A DNA stretch of 64,000 bases from Candidatus Omnitrophota bacterium (GCA_903908245.1 CAIVRE010000011.1:2411-66410), one strand, 5' to 3'. Numbered from the stretch's first letter, positions 19,505 through 29,888 are shown. Notes: a model not told the origin generated them from the sequence alone. Made by a program: numbers and translations.

Positions 19505-21608
19505 AGCCGCTTCCTTTTTTCAGCGTTGTGCCGCGATCAAGAAGATCCCTATCTTTGCTTCGGTTGACATGTTCCGGCTTCAGAGCATCGCGGGCAGCGG
19601 GGATGTGGTCCGTTATAAAAAAGGGGACATGGTCTCGCAGAAGTCGAACGCGCCGGACTTCGTTTTTTTCGTCGTTTCCGGAAGGCTGATCTCCTACACG
19701 CTTGATTCTGACGGGAAGAAAGACGATGTGGAGTTCATTCACCGGGGGATGTTCTTCGGGATCATTTCCGCCCTGACCGGGGAAGTGCACTCGCAGAGCT
19801 TTGAGGCGATCAATGATTCCCTTGTTTTTCAGATCCCGGTGGCCAAATTCCGCAAACTGCTTAAGAAGTCCCCTGACCTGAGCCTGAAATTCAGCAAGGC
19901 TTTGTCCCAGCGCATCCGAAACAAAGTGACCAGGACGGATACCGTTTCCAGGAGCAAGATCATTTCTGTCTTCAGCCCTATTGCTGGTTCCGGGAGTTCA
20001 ACATATGCGCTTAGCCTGGCGCTCAGTTTCTACCAGGAGACGGGGGATCGGGTGATCTACGTCGCGATCACCTCGCGTGATCCGGCCGGCTCTCCTATCA
20101 CACCGGACATGGACGATATCCGGCCCAAATGGAAGAAAGAGCCCGAGGACCTTGTGGCGGTATCCGAAGACCTGGAGAACATATCCCGGCGCGTTGTCCG
20201 CAGCAATGTCGGGGTTGATATCATCAATGTTTCCTTTGATCCCGCGAGCCATCAGGGGCTGGTGCAGAACATCAGTGATTTTGTGGCCAATTTTCTTGAT
20301 GATTACCGTTATATCGTCGTCGATCTTCCCAGTGAGCTTGATGAAGTGGTGATGAAGACATTTTCGCAGTCCGATATTATCCATTTGGTGATGATGCGCA
20401 AGCGCGAAGCGCTGGAGTCCGCCCGGGAGACCCTGGACAAGATAGAGACGTATCTGAAGGATTCTTTCACGGAAGAGCGGGTCCGGGTCGTTATCGGCGG
20501 CGCGCATTCGCACCGTAATCTGACAGACGAGGAAGTGACGGGCCTTCTTGACTATAATGTACTGGCGTTCCTTCCGCATATCCAGCGCAAAGACCTGGCG
20601 ATGGAGATCGAGACGCCGGCCTTCCATTTCTGGGCCATTAATACTTCCAGCCAGTACTGGGGGATGATCACCAGGATATCCCGTCAGATGTCCGGTGTCT
20701 CGGTGGGGCTTGTGCTCGGGGGTGGCGCGGCATTCGGGCTGGCACACATCGGGGTGATCCGTGTCCTGGAAGAAGAAAATATTCCGATCGATGTGGTTGT
20801 CGGCAGTTCCATGGGAGCCCTGATCGGCGGATTATGGGCCGCAGGGTATACGGCGGACGAGCTTGAGGTCATGGCGTATGAATTCCGTGTGCGTTCGAAC
20901 CTTTTTAAACTGATCGATGTTGTCTTTCCTTTGTCGGGCCTTATCAGCGGCAAGGCGGTCACGTCCTGGCTGCGCAGTAAATTCCATCAAAAGACCTTCA
21001 AGGACCTGAAAATCCCTCTGAAAGTGGTGGCCTACGACCTGATCCATCGCCGGGACCTGATCATTGAGGAGGGGCCCCTGGTCGATGCGGTGCGTAAAAG
21101 CATTTCTATCCCCGGCGTTTTTCAGCCTATTGTCAATGACGACCAGCTTATTATCGACGGAGGGGTCATGAACCCGCTTCCGATCAATGTCCTGACGTCG
21201 ACGGATGTCAAGAAGATCATCGCGGTCAACGTGCTGCAATCTCCCGACGATGTTATCCGCGGTTATGAAAAGACCCGCGCCGAACTTAACAAGGCCCTTG
21301 CCGATCCTTTCCTGAAAGACCCCTGGATTTTCCTGGATATCCGTTTCCGGTTTTGGCTTAACAAGGTGTTTTTCCCGAATATTTCTGATATTATCGTCCG
21401 TACGCTTGAAGCGTCCGAATGCGTGATCGCGGAACAAAGCGCGCGCGGTGCGGATATCGTGATCCATCCGGACCTTTCCGGCCTCAACTGGTATGAACTT
21501 TACCAGGCGGATATTCTTATCAAGCGCGGGGAAGAAGCCGCCAGGCTTCAGGTCCCGAAGATCAAGTTAATGATGTCGGCCAAAAAACAAGGACCAGCGA
21601 ATGTCTAA
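19497..21608 (+). CDS. cNMP-binding + degenerate ParA/CpaE-like + patatin phospholipase fusion
   Basis: N-terminal cNMP-binding fold (VVSGRL, FFGIISAL). Middle SVFSPIAGSGSST and YIVVDLP. Patatin motifs GGGAAFG, GSSMG, DGG. ATG 19497 overlaps the SDR stop. Confidence 0.85.
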   Translation: MLKAASFFQRCAAIKKIPIFASVDMFRLQSIAGSGDVVRYKKGDMVSQKSNAPDFVFFVVSGRLISYTLDSDGKKDDVEFIHRGMFFGIISALTGEVHSQSFEAINDSLVFQIPVAKFRKLLKKSPDLSLKFSKALSQRIRNKVTRTDTVSRSKIISVFSPIAGSGSSTYALSLALSFYQETGDRVIYVAITSRDPAGSPITPDMDDIRPKWKKEPEDLVAVSEDLENISRRVVRSNVGVDIINVSFDPASHQGLVQNISDFVANFLDDYRYIVVDLPSELDEVVMKTFSQSDIIHLVMMRKREALESARETLDKIETYLKDSFTEERVRVVIGGAHSHRNLTDEEVTGLLDYNVLAFLPHIQRKDLAMEIETPAFHFWAINTSSQYWGMITRISRQMSGVSVGLVLGGGAAFGLAHIGVIRVLEEENIPIDVVVGSSMGALIGGLWAAGYTADELEVMAYEFRVRSNLFKLIDVVFPLSGLISGKAVTSWLRSKFHQKTFKDLKIPLKVVAYDLIHRRDLIIEEGPLVDAVRKSISIPGVFQPIVNDDQLIIDGGVMNPLPINVLTSTDVKKIIAVNVLQSPDDVIRGYEKTRAELNKALADPFLKDPWIFLDIRFRFWLNKVFFPNISDIIVRTLEASECVIAEQSARGADIVIHPDLSGLNWYELYQADILIKRGEEAARLQVPKIKLMMSAKKQGPANV

Positions 21609-21969
21609 ACAACCTGTTGTCAAGCGCCCCTGGGGGACATATCACAAGATCTTCCAGGAAGATGAGGTATGGGTCAAGCGTGTCGAGGTGATCTCCGGCC
21701 AGAGGATCTCGTTGCAGAAACACGGGCACCGCTCCGAGAAATGGGTTATCGTTTCCGGGCAGGGCCTGGTAACGGTCAATGAACTCACGGTCACTGTTTC
21801 CAAGGGGTCGATCATCGATATCCCTGTGGGTGTGATCCACCGGATCGCCAACCTGGGCAAGACACCTCTTGTTTTTATTGAAGTGGCCTGCGGGCGGGAG
21901 CTTACGGAAGACGATATCACCCGGTATGAAGACGACTATAAACGGGCGGGAAAACATGCAAAAAAGTGA
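21601..21969 (+). CDS. Cupin, mannose-6-phosphate isomerase type II C-terminal-like
   Basis: RPWG, SLQKHGHRSEKW, HRIAN, IEV, EDDITRYEDDY. Confidence 0.85.
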   Translation: MSKQPVVKRPWGTYHKIFQEDEVWVKRVEVISGQRISLQKHGHRSEKWVIVSGQGLVTVNELTVTVSKGSIIDIPVGVIHRIANLGKTPLVFIEVACGRELTEDDITRYEDDYKRAGKHAKK

Positions 21970-22759
21970 TCGTTTGCAGTGGTATAAAAATAAGACAGTC
22001 CTTGTGACTGGCGGCACGTCCGGCATCGGGCTGGAGATGGTCCGTCAACTTGCCGGGCTTGGCACCAAAGTTGTTTTTTGCGGAAGGGACCCCCAGGCGA
22101 TAGAGTCTGTGTCCCGCGCGACCGGTGCGGATGGTCTGTGCGTTGACCTTTCCAGGCACGAGGAGCTTCCGCGTTTCCTTACGGCTTTGCGTGCCAAATA
22201 TCGTATTGATATCCTCGTTAACAATGCCGGCCTGGGGGATATTACTGATTTTTGTCAGGCGGATACGCAAACCCTGCTTTCCATGCAGTCGGTGAATATG
22301 GACGCCGTGGTCGTCCTATGTCGTGAATTGTTGCCGGAGATCTCCCGGCAGCCTGGCGGCGGTATTTTGAATGTCGGGTCAGTGGCGTCTTTCTTCCCGA
22401 CCCCGGGGTCGGCTGTTTATGGCGCGACCAAGCATTTCATCGCCGGGTTCACGGACGCCCTTCATGGGGAATTGGCCGGTAAAGGCGTTCATGTTACCGG
22501 GATCTACCCGGGCAAGACCAGTTCGCGTTTTCTGGTGCGTGCGACACGGGGAAAGAATGCCGATTGGGACAAGGCCATGGCCGCCGATGTGGTGGCCCGG
22601 GCGGCGTTGTCGGGTTTGGCGTGCAACAGGATCCGGGTCATTCCCGGGTTGTCCAATAAAGTCATTGTCCTGATCGCGAAGTTCTTGCCGACGCAGATCC
22701 TGCTTCGTGTTACAGGCGTCCGCACAAAATCGCCATCAGGCCAGGGTGGTGCGTCGTGA
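21956..22759 (+). CDS. Short-chain dehydrogenase/reductase
   Basis: VTGGTSGIG, NNAG, YGATK. Start taken at ATG 21956, overlapping the cupin gene. Confidence 0.88.
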   Translation: MQKSDRLQWYKNKTVLVTGGTSGIGLEMVRQLAGLGTKVVFCGRDPQAIESVSRATGADGLCVDLSRHEELPRFLTALRAKYRIDILVNNAGLGDITDFCQADTQTLLSMQSVNMDAVVVLCRELLPEISRQPGGGILNVGSVASFFPTPGSAVYGATKHFIAGFTDALHGELAGKGVHVTGIYPGKTSSRFLVRATRGKNADWDKAMAADVVARAALSGLACNRIRVIPGLSNKVIVLIAKFLPTQILLRVTGVRTKSPSGQGGAS

Positions 22760-23865
22760 TGGACAAAGTTTTCCGGTGGATCACCTCGTTCGGCCGGCCG
22801 TCGTATGTTGTGTTCTTTGTTACCGCCCGCTGCAATGCGCGTTGCAAGATGTGTTTTTACTCGCAGAACATGGACGCGAATACCGCCAAAGACGAGCTGA
22901 CGGTCGACGAGTATTCACGGATCGCGCGCGGGCTTGGCCGTTTCAATGTCCTGGGCATCTCCGGCGGAGAGCCTTTTCTGCGGGACGACCTGCATAAAGT
23001 CGTGGCCGCGATCTATGACCACTCTTCACCTCTGGTCCTGGACCTTCCGACAAACGGGTATTTTACGGAAAGTGTTTTGAGGCAGGTTGAACTGATCGCG
23101 AAGTACTGCACCAGAATGACCGTGGATGTGCAGCTTTCCATTGACGGCCCAGAAGCGGTTCATGACGGTATTCGTCAGGTCCAGGGCGGGTTCCGCCGGA
23201 TGTTCGAAACATATCACGGCCTCCTGGAATTGCGAAAGAGGTTTTCCAATTTACGTTTGAAAGCCTGTGTGGTCTATTCCGCCTATAATCAGGACAGCAT
23301 GCCGGAGCTGTTCGACCTGATCGAACGGGACATGTCTGGGATCGACCGCCTTGTCTTTTCCGTCGCGCATGGCACACCGGCCAACCAGAAGGCGTTTGAT
23401 TTTGACTGGGACAAGTATTTCGCTTTTTGCGACCGGCTGCGCGGTTCCCCTTTAATGCAGGGAGGACGGGACCTTCATTCGGTTTTGACCCAGGCGCTCA
23501 GGGTCGTCAAGAACGCTTTTTTGAAGGATATTTTACGGACGAAGGATATGTATCGTTATTGCGGGGCCGGTACAAGTGTGGTGGCGGTGAGCGAAACGGG
23601 CGATGTTTTCCCCTGTGAGCCGTTATGGACCCCGGTTGCCAACTTGCGAAAGTATGGGTATGATCTTTGGGCGGTCCTGCGGTCGCAGGAGATGAAGGAT
23701 TTTCAAAAGGATATCCGCCGCAAGCGCTGTCATTGCCATTGGGGCCTTCCGATGACGAATGCCATCCTTTTCAGCCCGCGGTTTTATCCGCGGGTCGCCT
23801 GGGAAATGGGGCGTGTGGTGGTCCGCAACGCGTGCTGCGCGGGGAAGGGGAGCGGTGGGGTTTAA
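22756..23865 (+). CDS. Radical SAM protein with SPASM/twitch domain
   Basis: CNARCKMC, SGGEPF, SIDG; C-terminal CGAG...GDVFPCE...CHCHWG. Confidence 0.88.
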   Translation: MMDKVFRWITSFGRPSYVVFFVTARCNARCKMCFYSQNMDANTAKDELTVDEYSRIARGLGRFNVLGISGGEPFLRDDLHKVVAAIYDHSSPLVLDLPTNGYFTESVLRQVELIAKYCTRMTVDVQLSIDGPEAVHDGIRQVQGGFRRMFETYHGLLELRKRFSNLRLKACVVYSAYNQDSMPELFDLIERDMSGIDRLVFSVAHGTPANQKAFDFDWDKYFAFCDRLRGSPLMQGGRDLHSVLTQALRVVKNAFLKDILRTKDMYRYCGAGTSVVAVSETGDVFPCEPLWTPVANLRKYGYDLWAVLRSQEMKDFQKDIRRKRCHCHWGLPMTNAILFSPRFYPRVAWEMGRVVVRNACCAGKGSGGV

Positions 23866-24730
23866 GCTGGACCTTCATGTCCATACGGAGTCTTTCGGGC
23901 GTGTTTATATGGACGAAAAGAGCCTGGCGGCCGCGCTTAAGGCGCGCGGGCTTGACGGGATCGCGGCAACGAATTTTTCCAATATTTCCCATGCCCTGTG
24001 GTTGAAAAAGCAGCTGCCTCAATATCTGATCATTGTTGGACAGGAGGTCTGGTCGTCCAAAGGGCATATCGGGGCGCTGGGGATCACGCGGAAGATCCCC
24101 AATTTTCGTTCGCCGCAGGAGACGATCGAGGAGATCCATCGGCAAGGCGGCCTGGCGGTGGCACATCATCCTTTTCTTGTGATGGGGCTCGGGCGCCTGG
24201 CATTTGATCTGCCGGTCGATCTTATCGAGGGTTATAACGGGATGATCGGGGCGCTTTGGATCCATAATTTTCTTGCGCAGCGCCGCGCGCGCGCGGCAGG
24301 GCGCGTGTGCGTGTCTTCTACGGACACGACCGCGGTTGAATTTATCGGGCAAAGCCGTGTTGAGGTGATGACGGACGACCGGATGGATGTCCTTGCGGCA
24401 TTGCGGGCCGGGCGCCTTCGGATGATCCGTCGGCCCATGCCGGTCCCGGTGGGATTTATCGCCAGGAATTTTCTTGGTTTCAGGAGGCTGGCGCCGTGCC
24501 GTTTACACGCTGCGCCGTGTTTTTTGTGCGGCAATTCAATGACGGTAAGGTTATTCAACCGGAAGGTTGTTTGTGAGGACTGCCGTTGTGAGGAAGTTTC
24601 GCGCGTAGCCTGCGCGCAGGGCCATCATTTCTGCATTCCTTGTGTTATGCGCCGTATCGGCAAGGCGGATGATGCGGTTGATATTTCCAGGATCACGGTT
24701 TATCCGCACGGATACCCGGCGGAAGAATGA
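23855..24730 (+). CDS. PHP-family protein with C-terminal Cys-rich (Zn-binding-like) domain
   Basis: DLHVHT, GQEV, GHI, HHPF, EGYNG; C-terminal CFLCG...CEDC...CAQGHHFCIPC. GTG start at 23855 is inferred. Confidence 0.72.
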   Translation: MGFKLDLHVHTESFGRVYMDEKSLAAALKARGLDGIAATNFSNISHALWLKKQLPQYLIIVGQEVWSSKGHIGALGITRKIPNFRSPQETIEEIHRQGGLAVAHHPFLVMGLGRLAFDLPVDLIEGYNGMIGALWIHNFLAQRRARAAGRVCVSSTDTTAVEFIGQSRVEVMTDDRMDVLAALRAGRLRMIRRPMPVPVGFIARNFLGFRRLAPCRLHAAPCFLCGNSMTVRLFNRKVVCEDCRCEEVSRVACAQGHHFCIPCVMRRIGKADDAVDISRITVYPHGYPAEE

Positions 24731-25770
24731 ACGGAGATAAAATGAAAACATTGCAGAAATTCTTAGGGACTGCGCTTTTATACGCAAAAGTAGGCTTGCC
24801 GCGGATGACACCACGGAAGGCCTGGCATATGGTGTCCTATTGGGTCAAGACAACCTGCCTGGGGCAGAAGATCCCCTGGCTTGTCGAGCTTTCCGTGACA
24901 TACCGATGTCAATGCCGTTGCAAGCACTGTTCGGTCTCAAATTATTTTGAACAGGCGGGGAAAAAGCCTGAGATGACCGGTGATGAGATCAAAAGCATCC
25001 TTCGCCAGTCGGCGTCAATGGGCATTCCGAAGGTTGATTTCTTCGGCGGGGAGCCTTTACTGCGTAAAGATATCATCGAACTTGTGCGTTACGCGGAAGA
25101 GTTGGGGATCTATACATCCGTGACGACCAATGCGTTGCTTCTGGACCGGCCGATGCTAGCGGCCCTTTCGGCGGCCGGGATCAGCTGTATCAATATCAGT
25201 ATCGACAGCACTTCCTCTGCCGAGCATGATCAGTTAAGGGGCGTTGAAGGTATATATACGAAAGCGGTCGATGCGTTCGGTTTTTGTAATGAGGCGCGTA
25301 TCCCGTGCATCTTTTCCACTTATGTCACCCGCAAGAGGATCAACGGGCTTCTTCCCGGCGAGAAGGATGGCAGTTCCTTTACGGAGCTGATCCTTCTGGC
25401 GCGCAAGGTCAAGGCGACCGCGGTGCGCGTTCTGTTCCCGATCATTTCCGGCGAGTGGGTGAAGCAGAAAGAGGTTGAGCTCAACGAGCAGGAAAAAAGT
25501 GCGGTCATTGAAGCGATTGATCCGTCTTTCGTTTTTGTTGAGGGGGCTTATTCGGTCGTTAAAGGCCGTAAAGTCTGCCAGGCGTTAAGCGGGAAGATGA
25601 TCAATATTTCTCCGTACGGGGATATCCAGATCTGCGTGGCTTTCCCGAATTCTTTCGGGAATGTTGTCCGGGAGGGGTTGCGGCCTGCCCTGGAAAAGAT
25701 GTGGGGGCATTCGATCTATCAGAAGAACAAGGATGGCAGTTGCTGTAGTACGGATGACCTTAAGGTGTAA
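24727..25770 (+). CDS. Radical SAM protein with twitch/SPASM domain
   Basis: CQCRCKHC, FGGEPLL, TTN, SIDS; C-terminal CQA...ISPYGDIQIC. Confidence 0.88.
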   Translation: MNGDKMKTLQKFLGTALLYAKVGLPRMTPRKAWHMVSYWVKTTCLGQKIPWLVELSVTYRCQCRCKHCSVSNYFEQAGKKPEMTGDEIKSILRQSASMGIPKVDFFGGEPLLRKDIIELVRYAEELGIYTSVTTNALLLDRPMLAALSAAGISCINISIDSTSSAEHDQLRGVEGIYTKAVDAFGFCNEARIPCIFSTYVTRKRINGLLPGEKDGSSFTELILLARKVKATAVRVLFPIISGEWVKQKEVELNEQEKSAVIEAIDPSFVFVEGAYSVVKGRKVCQALSGKMINISPYGDIQICVAFPNSFGNVVREGLRPALEKMWGHSIYQKNKDGSCCSTDDLKV

Positions 25771-25773
25771 TTT

Positions 25774-27297
25774 ATGAGAGTGACTCTGATCCGTCCGCCG
25801 GTTTATGGTACCGGGTTCATGGGGGTCCAGCTGGTCCCGTTCCTTGGCGTCGTGTATGTGGCCGCGGCGGCGCGTGCCGCGGGGCATGAGGTTGATGTTA
25901 TTGACATGTGTGCGGAAGATATTGACCGTACGGAATGTGTCGACGGGCGTTTCGTTCAGTATGGCATGTCTTTTGACCGCCTGAGGGAACGTCTGAAGCC
26001 TTCGGATGTGATCGGTTTTACATGTATGTTCTCCCAGGAGTGGCCGTTCCATCGCAGGCTTATGGCCCATGTGGCGGGGCTTGCTCCGGAGAGCGTGATC
26101 TTTGCCGGCGGGGAACATGTGACCGCGCTGCCCGAGTTCTGCCTCCAGGACTGCCCGGAGCTTGACTATTGCATCGTCGGGGAAGGGGAACGCGCGGTGG
26201 TGGCGTTGTTAAATGCGCTGGCCCGCGGTGAAAGCCTGGACCAGGTGCCAAGCCTTGTATCCCGCCTCCCCGATAACGGCGGATATTCCCGTACGCCCCG
26301 TTCTCCCAGGATCTGCGATGTTGACAAGATCGCCCGTCCCGCCTGGGATCTGGTGCCGCTGGAAAACTATCTTTCCCGGGGGTTGAATTATCATTTGGCG
26401 CGGGGCCGTACGATCCCTGTGGTCGCGACGCGCGGATGCCCATATCAGTGCACGTTCTGTTCGAACGCCGGCATGTGGGGCCGGCAATGGGTCGAGCGCA
26501 GTGCCGCCGACCTGGCCGACGAGATCGAGGGTTATGTTGTTAAATACCACGCCGAGAATTTTGTATTCTCCGATTTGACGGCGGTGGTCTCGGCCGGGGA
26601 AATGACGGCGTTCTGCGGGGAATTGATCCGGCGGGACCTTAAGGTGACCTGGCAGCTTCCGACGCTTCGTACCGAGGCGCTTAATAAAGAGAACCTGGCA
26701 TTGATGTACAAGGCCGGTTGCCGGGAGCTGGATGTGGCTATCGAGTCCGGCTCTAAGCGGGTGCTGGAGAGCGTCCATAAAAAGAACGACCCCCTCAGGA
26801 TGGCGCGCGTTGTCCGGGAAGCGGTATCGGTCGGGATGAATGTCAGCAGTAATCTGGTCATCGGTCTACCGCAGGAAGGCTGGGGAGACCTGTGGCATAC
26901 TTACGGGCTCCTGATGAGCCTGGCTTTTCACGGGATGCACGAGGTTAATGTTTTTCCCTTCATCCCTTATCCGGGGTCCAGCCTGTTTTATGAATTGCTG
27001 GAACAGAAGAAAATTAAATTAGATGACGCTTTTTTTCTGTCTTTATTCAGCTATGCTGATTTAAGCCGGTCGGTGTCGTGGTCGCGGACCTTCCGCCCGG
27101 GGGTGCTGGGGTTCATGCGGATTTTTCTGATGGCGAGTTTTTATATGGTCATGCTGGTTTCTCATCCGTCGCGGCTGCTGCGGCTTGTTGTTAATGCCAG
27201 GAGCGGGCGGGCCACGACCAAGCTTGAAGGCGTGCTGAAAAGGATCTTTAAGAATATGAAAGCGTCATCCCGAACAAAGGCCGGTTATGCCAAATGA
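25774..27297 (+). CDS. B12-binding radical SAM protein (class B methyltransferase-like)
   Basis: GGEHVT, GEGE, TRGCPYQCTFC, IESGS, YPGS. Confidence 0.9.
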   Translation: MRVTLIRPPVYGTGFMGVQLVPFLGVVYVAAAARAAGHEVDVIDMCAEDIDRTECVDGRFVQYGMSFDRLRERLKPSDVIGFTCMFSQEWPFHRRLMAHVAGLAPESVIFAGGEHVTALPEFCLQDCPELDYCIVGEGERAVVALLNALARGESLDQVPSLVSRLPDNGGYSRTPRSPRICDVDKIARPAWDLVPLENYLSRGLNYHLARGRTIPVVATRGCPYQCTFCSNAGMWGRQWVERSAADLADEIEGYVVKYHAENFVFSDLTAVVSAGEMTAFCGELIRRDLKVTWQLPTLRTEALNKENLALMYKAGCRELDVAIESGSKRVLESVHKKNDPLRMARVVREAVSVGMNVSSNLVIGLPQEGWGDLWHTYGLLMSLAFHGMHEVNVFPFIPYPGSSLFYELLEQKKIKLDDAFFLSLFSYADLSRSVSWSRTFRPGVLGFMRIFLMASFYMVMLVSHPSRLLRLVVNARSGRATTKLEGVLKRIFKNMKASSRTKAGYAK

Positions 27298-28123
27298 TAT
27301 GGTGCCGTTGCAGGAGAAGGCCCGTTTTATCCGCCGGAACATCCTGGAAATGATCGTGGCCGCGAACAAGGGCCATATTGGCGGGGCATTTTCCTGTGTG
27401 GATATTTTGACCGCGCTTTATTACGCGCCTGTTCTGCGGTACGATCCCTGTTGTGCTTCGTGGCCGCAGCGGGACCGTTTCATCCTGAGTAAAGGGCATT
27501 CCTGTGAAGCGCTTTATGTGGTGCTGGCGGATCTTGGGTTTTTCCCGAAAGAGGAGTTGTCCCGTTATCAAAAGGGCGGGCTTCTCGCGGGGCATCCTGA
27601 CCGCCGTGTGCCCGGGATCGAGGCGGATACCGGCTCGCTCGGGCATGGGCTTGGGCTGGCCTGCGGTATTGCTTTGCGCGCAAAAATGGATGTTCAATCT
27701 TACCTGACGGTTGCTTTAATGGGTGACGGTGAGTGTTGCGAGGGGTCGGTATGGGAAGCGGCCATGTTCGCGGCCTATCGCAAGCTTGGCCGGTTAGTGG
27801 GGATCGTGGATGCCAACGGGGTCTGTTCCACGGACCTTTTGTCGGATTGCGCGGCGGTCGAGCCGCTTGTCGATAAATGGCGGGCTTTTGGCTGGGAGGT
27901 TGTTGAGGCCAACGGTCATGATATTGCACAGCTTGTGGCGCTGCTCGGGGGATTCCGCGACCGGGATGTGAATGCCAAGCCCGTCATGGTCATCGCCCGG
28001 ACGGTCAAGGGCAAGGGCGTTTCTTTTATGGAAGGCAGTCCTTCATGGCATCACGGGGTGCCCAAGGGTAAGCAGGTGGATGAAGCGCGTAAAGAACTTG
28101 GCGATACATTGTTGATCGTTTAA
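27287..28123 (+). CDS. Transketolase-like N-terminal (TPP-binding) subunit
   Basis: GHIGGAFS, RDRFILSKGH, TGSLGHG, GDGECCEGSVWEA, TVKGKG, WHH. Confidence 0.92.
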   Translation: MPNDMVPLQEKARFIRRNILEMIVAANKGHIGGAFSCVDILTALYYAPVLRYDPCCASWPQRDRFILSKGHSCEALYVVLADLGFFPKEELSRYQKGGLLAGHPDRRVPGIEADTGSLGHGLGLACGIALRAKMDVQSYLTVALMGDGECCEGSVWEAAMFAAYRKLGRLVGIVDANGVCSTDLLSDCAAVEPLVDKWRAFGWEVVEANGHDIAQLVALLGGFRDRDVNAKPVMVIARTVKGKGVSFMEGSPSWHHGVPKGKQVDEARKELGDTLLIV

Positions 28124-28142
28124 CCCAAAGACGGTAGTGATT

Positions 28143-29075
28143 ATGGTGGATCTAAGAGACGCCTGTTTTGACGAGATCTACGCGCTGGCAAAGAACGACC
28201 CTGATGTTGTTTTTCTGACGGCGGATATGGGCGCATTCAGTTTGCAGCGCTTCAAGAAAGACCTTCCGTTACAGTATTTCAATGTCGGCATTAGCGAACA
28301 GGTCATGATCAGCGTGGCCGCGGGGCTGGCGCTTGAGGGGAAAAAAGTTTTTGTTTACAGTATCGCGCCGTTCGTGACACTGCGTTGTTACGAGCAGATC
28401 AAGGTCGATCTTTGCTGTATGAATTTGACGGTTGTTATCATCGGGATAGGGACCGGGCTTATGTATGGCGGCGACGGCCCGACACACCATTCGGTGGATG
28501 ATATTGCTGTTATGAGGGCATTGCCGAATATGCAGGTCATGGGGCCGTGCGATGTTGTGACCACCCAGGCGGCGGTACGGGCGGCTTACGCAAGTTCATC
28601 CCCGAGCTATATCCGGATCGAGCGTGGGCAACTGCCGGCCTTGTATGATCCTCAGGTCATTGATATGTCCGGCACGATGGCGCAACTGTGGACAGGCAGG
28701 GAAGTGGCTATTGTTTCTACGGGTTATATGACGCATCGGGCGATGTCGGCTGCGGCGATACTGGACGCCGATTCCATATCCACTCGGGTCATTGATGTGG
28801 TGCGTATTCATCCGTTGGATATTGAGAAGCTTTTGTTGCTGGTATCAGGGGTCAGGCTGGTGGTGACGCTGGAGGAGCACTCTTGCGTGGGCGGCCTTGG
28901 AGGGAGCCTGGCCGAGGCCTGGGTTGACCGGAGTATCGGGATCCCCCTGTTGCGGCTGGCGTTGCCTCATGAGAATTGTTTTACGGTGTCCGATCGTGAC
29001 GCCCTTCTGGCGCAGTATGGCCTTGATCCGCAGGCGATCGCCCGTTCGGTGCAGGAGCGGTTGTTTAAAATCTGA
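28143..29075 (+). CDS. Transketolase-like C-terminal subunit
   Basis: NVGISEQ, AAGLA, RCYEQIK, GPTHHS, EEHS..GGLG. Start may be 28137 (GTG). Confidence 0.92.
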   Translation: MVDLRDACFDEIYALAKNDPDVVFLTADMGAFSLQRFKKDLPLQYFNVGISEQVMISVAAGLALEGKKVFVYSIAPFVTLRCYEQIKVDLCCMNLTVVIIGIGTGLMYGGDGPTHHSVDDIAVMRALPNMQVMGPCDVVTTQAAVRAAYASSSPSYIRIERGQLPALYDPQVIDMSGTMAQLWTGREVAIVSTGYMTHRAMSAAAILDADSISTRVIDVVRIHPLDIEKLLLLVSGVRLVVTLEEHSCVGGLGGSLAEAWVDRSIGIPLLRLALPHENCFTVSDRDALLAQYGLDPQAIARSVQERLFKI

Positions 29076-29092
29076 TCGAATACAGGAGAATT

Positions 29093-29878
29093 ATGGATCT
29101 GAAGATCAAAGGCAAAGTTGCGCTGGTGACCGGAGGTACTCACGGGATCGGAAGAGCGATCGCACTTGCGTTGGCCGCGGAAGGCTGCAAGGTGGCCGTT
29201 TGTTCCCGCACGCCGGAGCGCGTGCAGGGCATGGGGGAAGAATTGCGGCAAACGGGCGTTGAATACCTCTCTCTTCAGGCCGATGTCATGCTCGAGGCTG
29301 ACATTGACCGTGTGATGAAGACGGTAACGGACCGTTGGGGGGCATTGCACATCCTGGTCAATAATGTCGGCGGCGGCGGCCGTTGGGGCAGCGATATCAT
29401 TGAAGAGACCGCTGAACGGGTCTGGACAGAAGTCTATGAAAAGAACGTGCTGGCATCTATCCGCTTTACGACCCGGGCTCTCCCCCTCATGCGCCGCCAG
29501 AAATGGGGGCGGGTCATTGCGATCACGTCCATCTTCGGGCGTGAAAGCGGCGGGCGGCCGTGGTTCTGCATGGCCAAGAGCGCCCAGACAAGTTTCATGA
29601 AGGCCATGGCCAAGAAAGATTATTTGATCAAGGACGGGTTGACATTCAACAGCGTGGCGCCGGGGGCTATCATGATCCCCTCGACGGGCTGGGAGAAGAC
29701 CCAGAAGGAAAAGCCCGGTGAGATGGATGATTTTATCCGCCGCGAGCTTCCCCTGGGCCGTTTGGGCACTCCCGAAGAAGTGGGCAGTGTGGTGGCATTC
29801 CTGTGCAGTGATGTGGCGTCCCTGGTCAACGGGGCGTCCATTCCGGTCGATGGCGGACAAAGTAAAAGCATGATTTAG
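29093..29878 (+). CDS. SDR-family oxidoreductase (FxxxK in place of YxxxK)
   Basis: VTGGTHGIG, NNVGG, PWFCMAK, VAPG, VDGG. Confidence 0.85.
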   Translation: MDLKIKGKVALVTGGTHGIGRAIALALAAEGCKVAVCSRTPERVQGMGEELRQTGVEYLSLQADVMLEADIDRVMKTVTDRWGALHILVNNVGGGGRWGSDIIEETAERVWTEVYEKNVLASIRFTTRALPLMRRQKWGRVIAITSIFGRESGGRPWFCMAKSAQTSFMKAMAKKDYLIKDGLTFNSVAPGAIMIPSTGWEKTQKEKPGEMDDFIRRELPLGRLGTPEEVGSVVAFLCSDVASLVNGASIPVDGGQSKSMI

Positions 29879-29888
29879 AAAGGGATCC

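Noticed and set aside
19497-21608. CBASS/anti-phage interpretation of the patatin gene
   Set aside because: No CD-NTase or other defence genes nearby; the gene is embedded in a metabolic operon.
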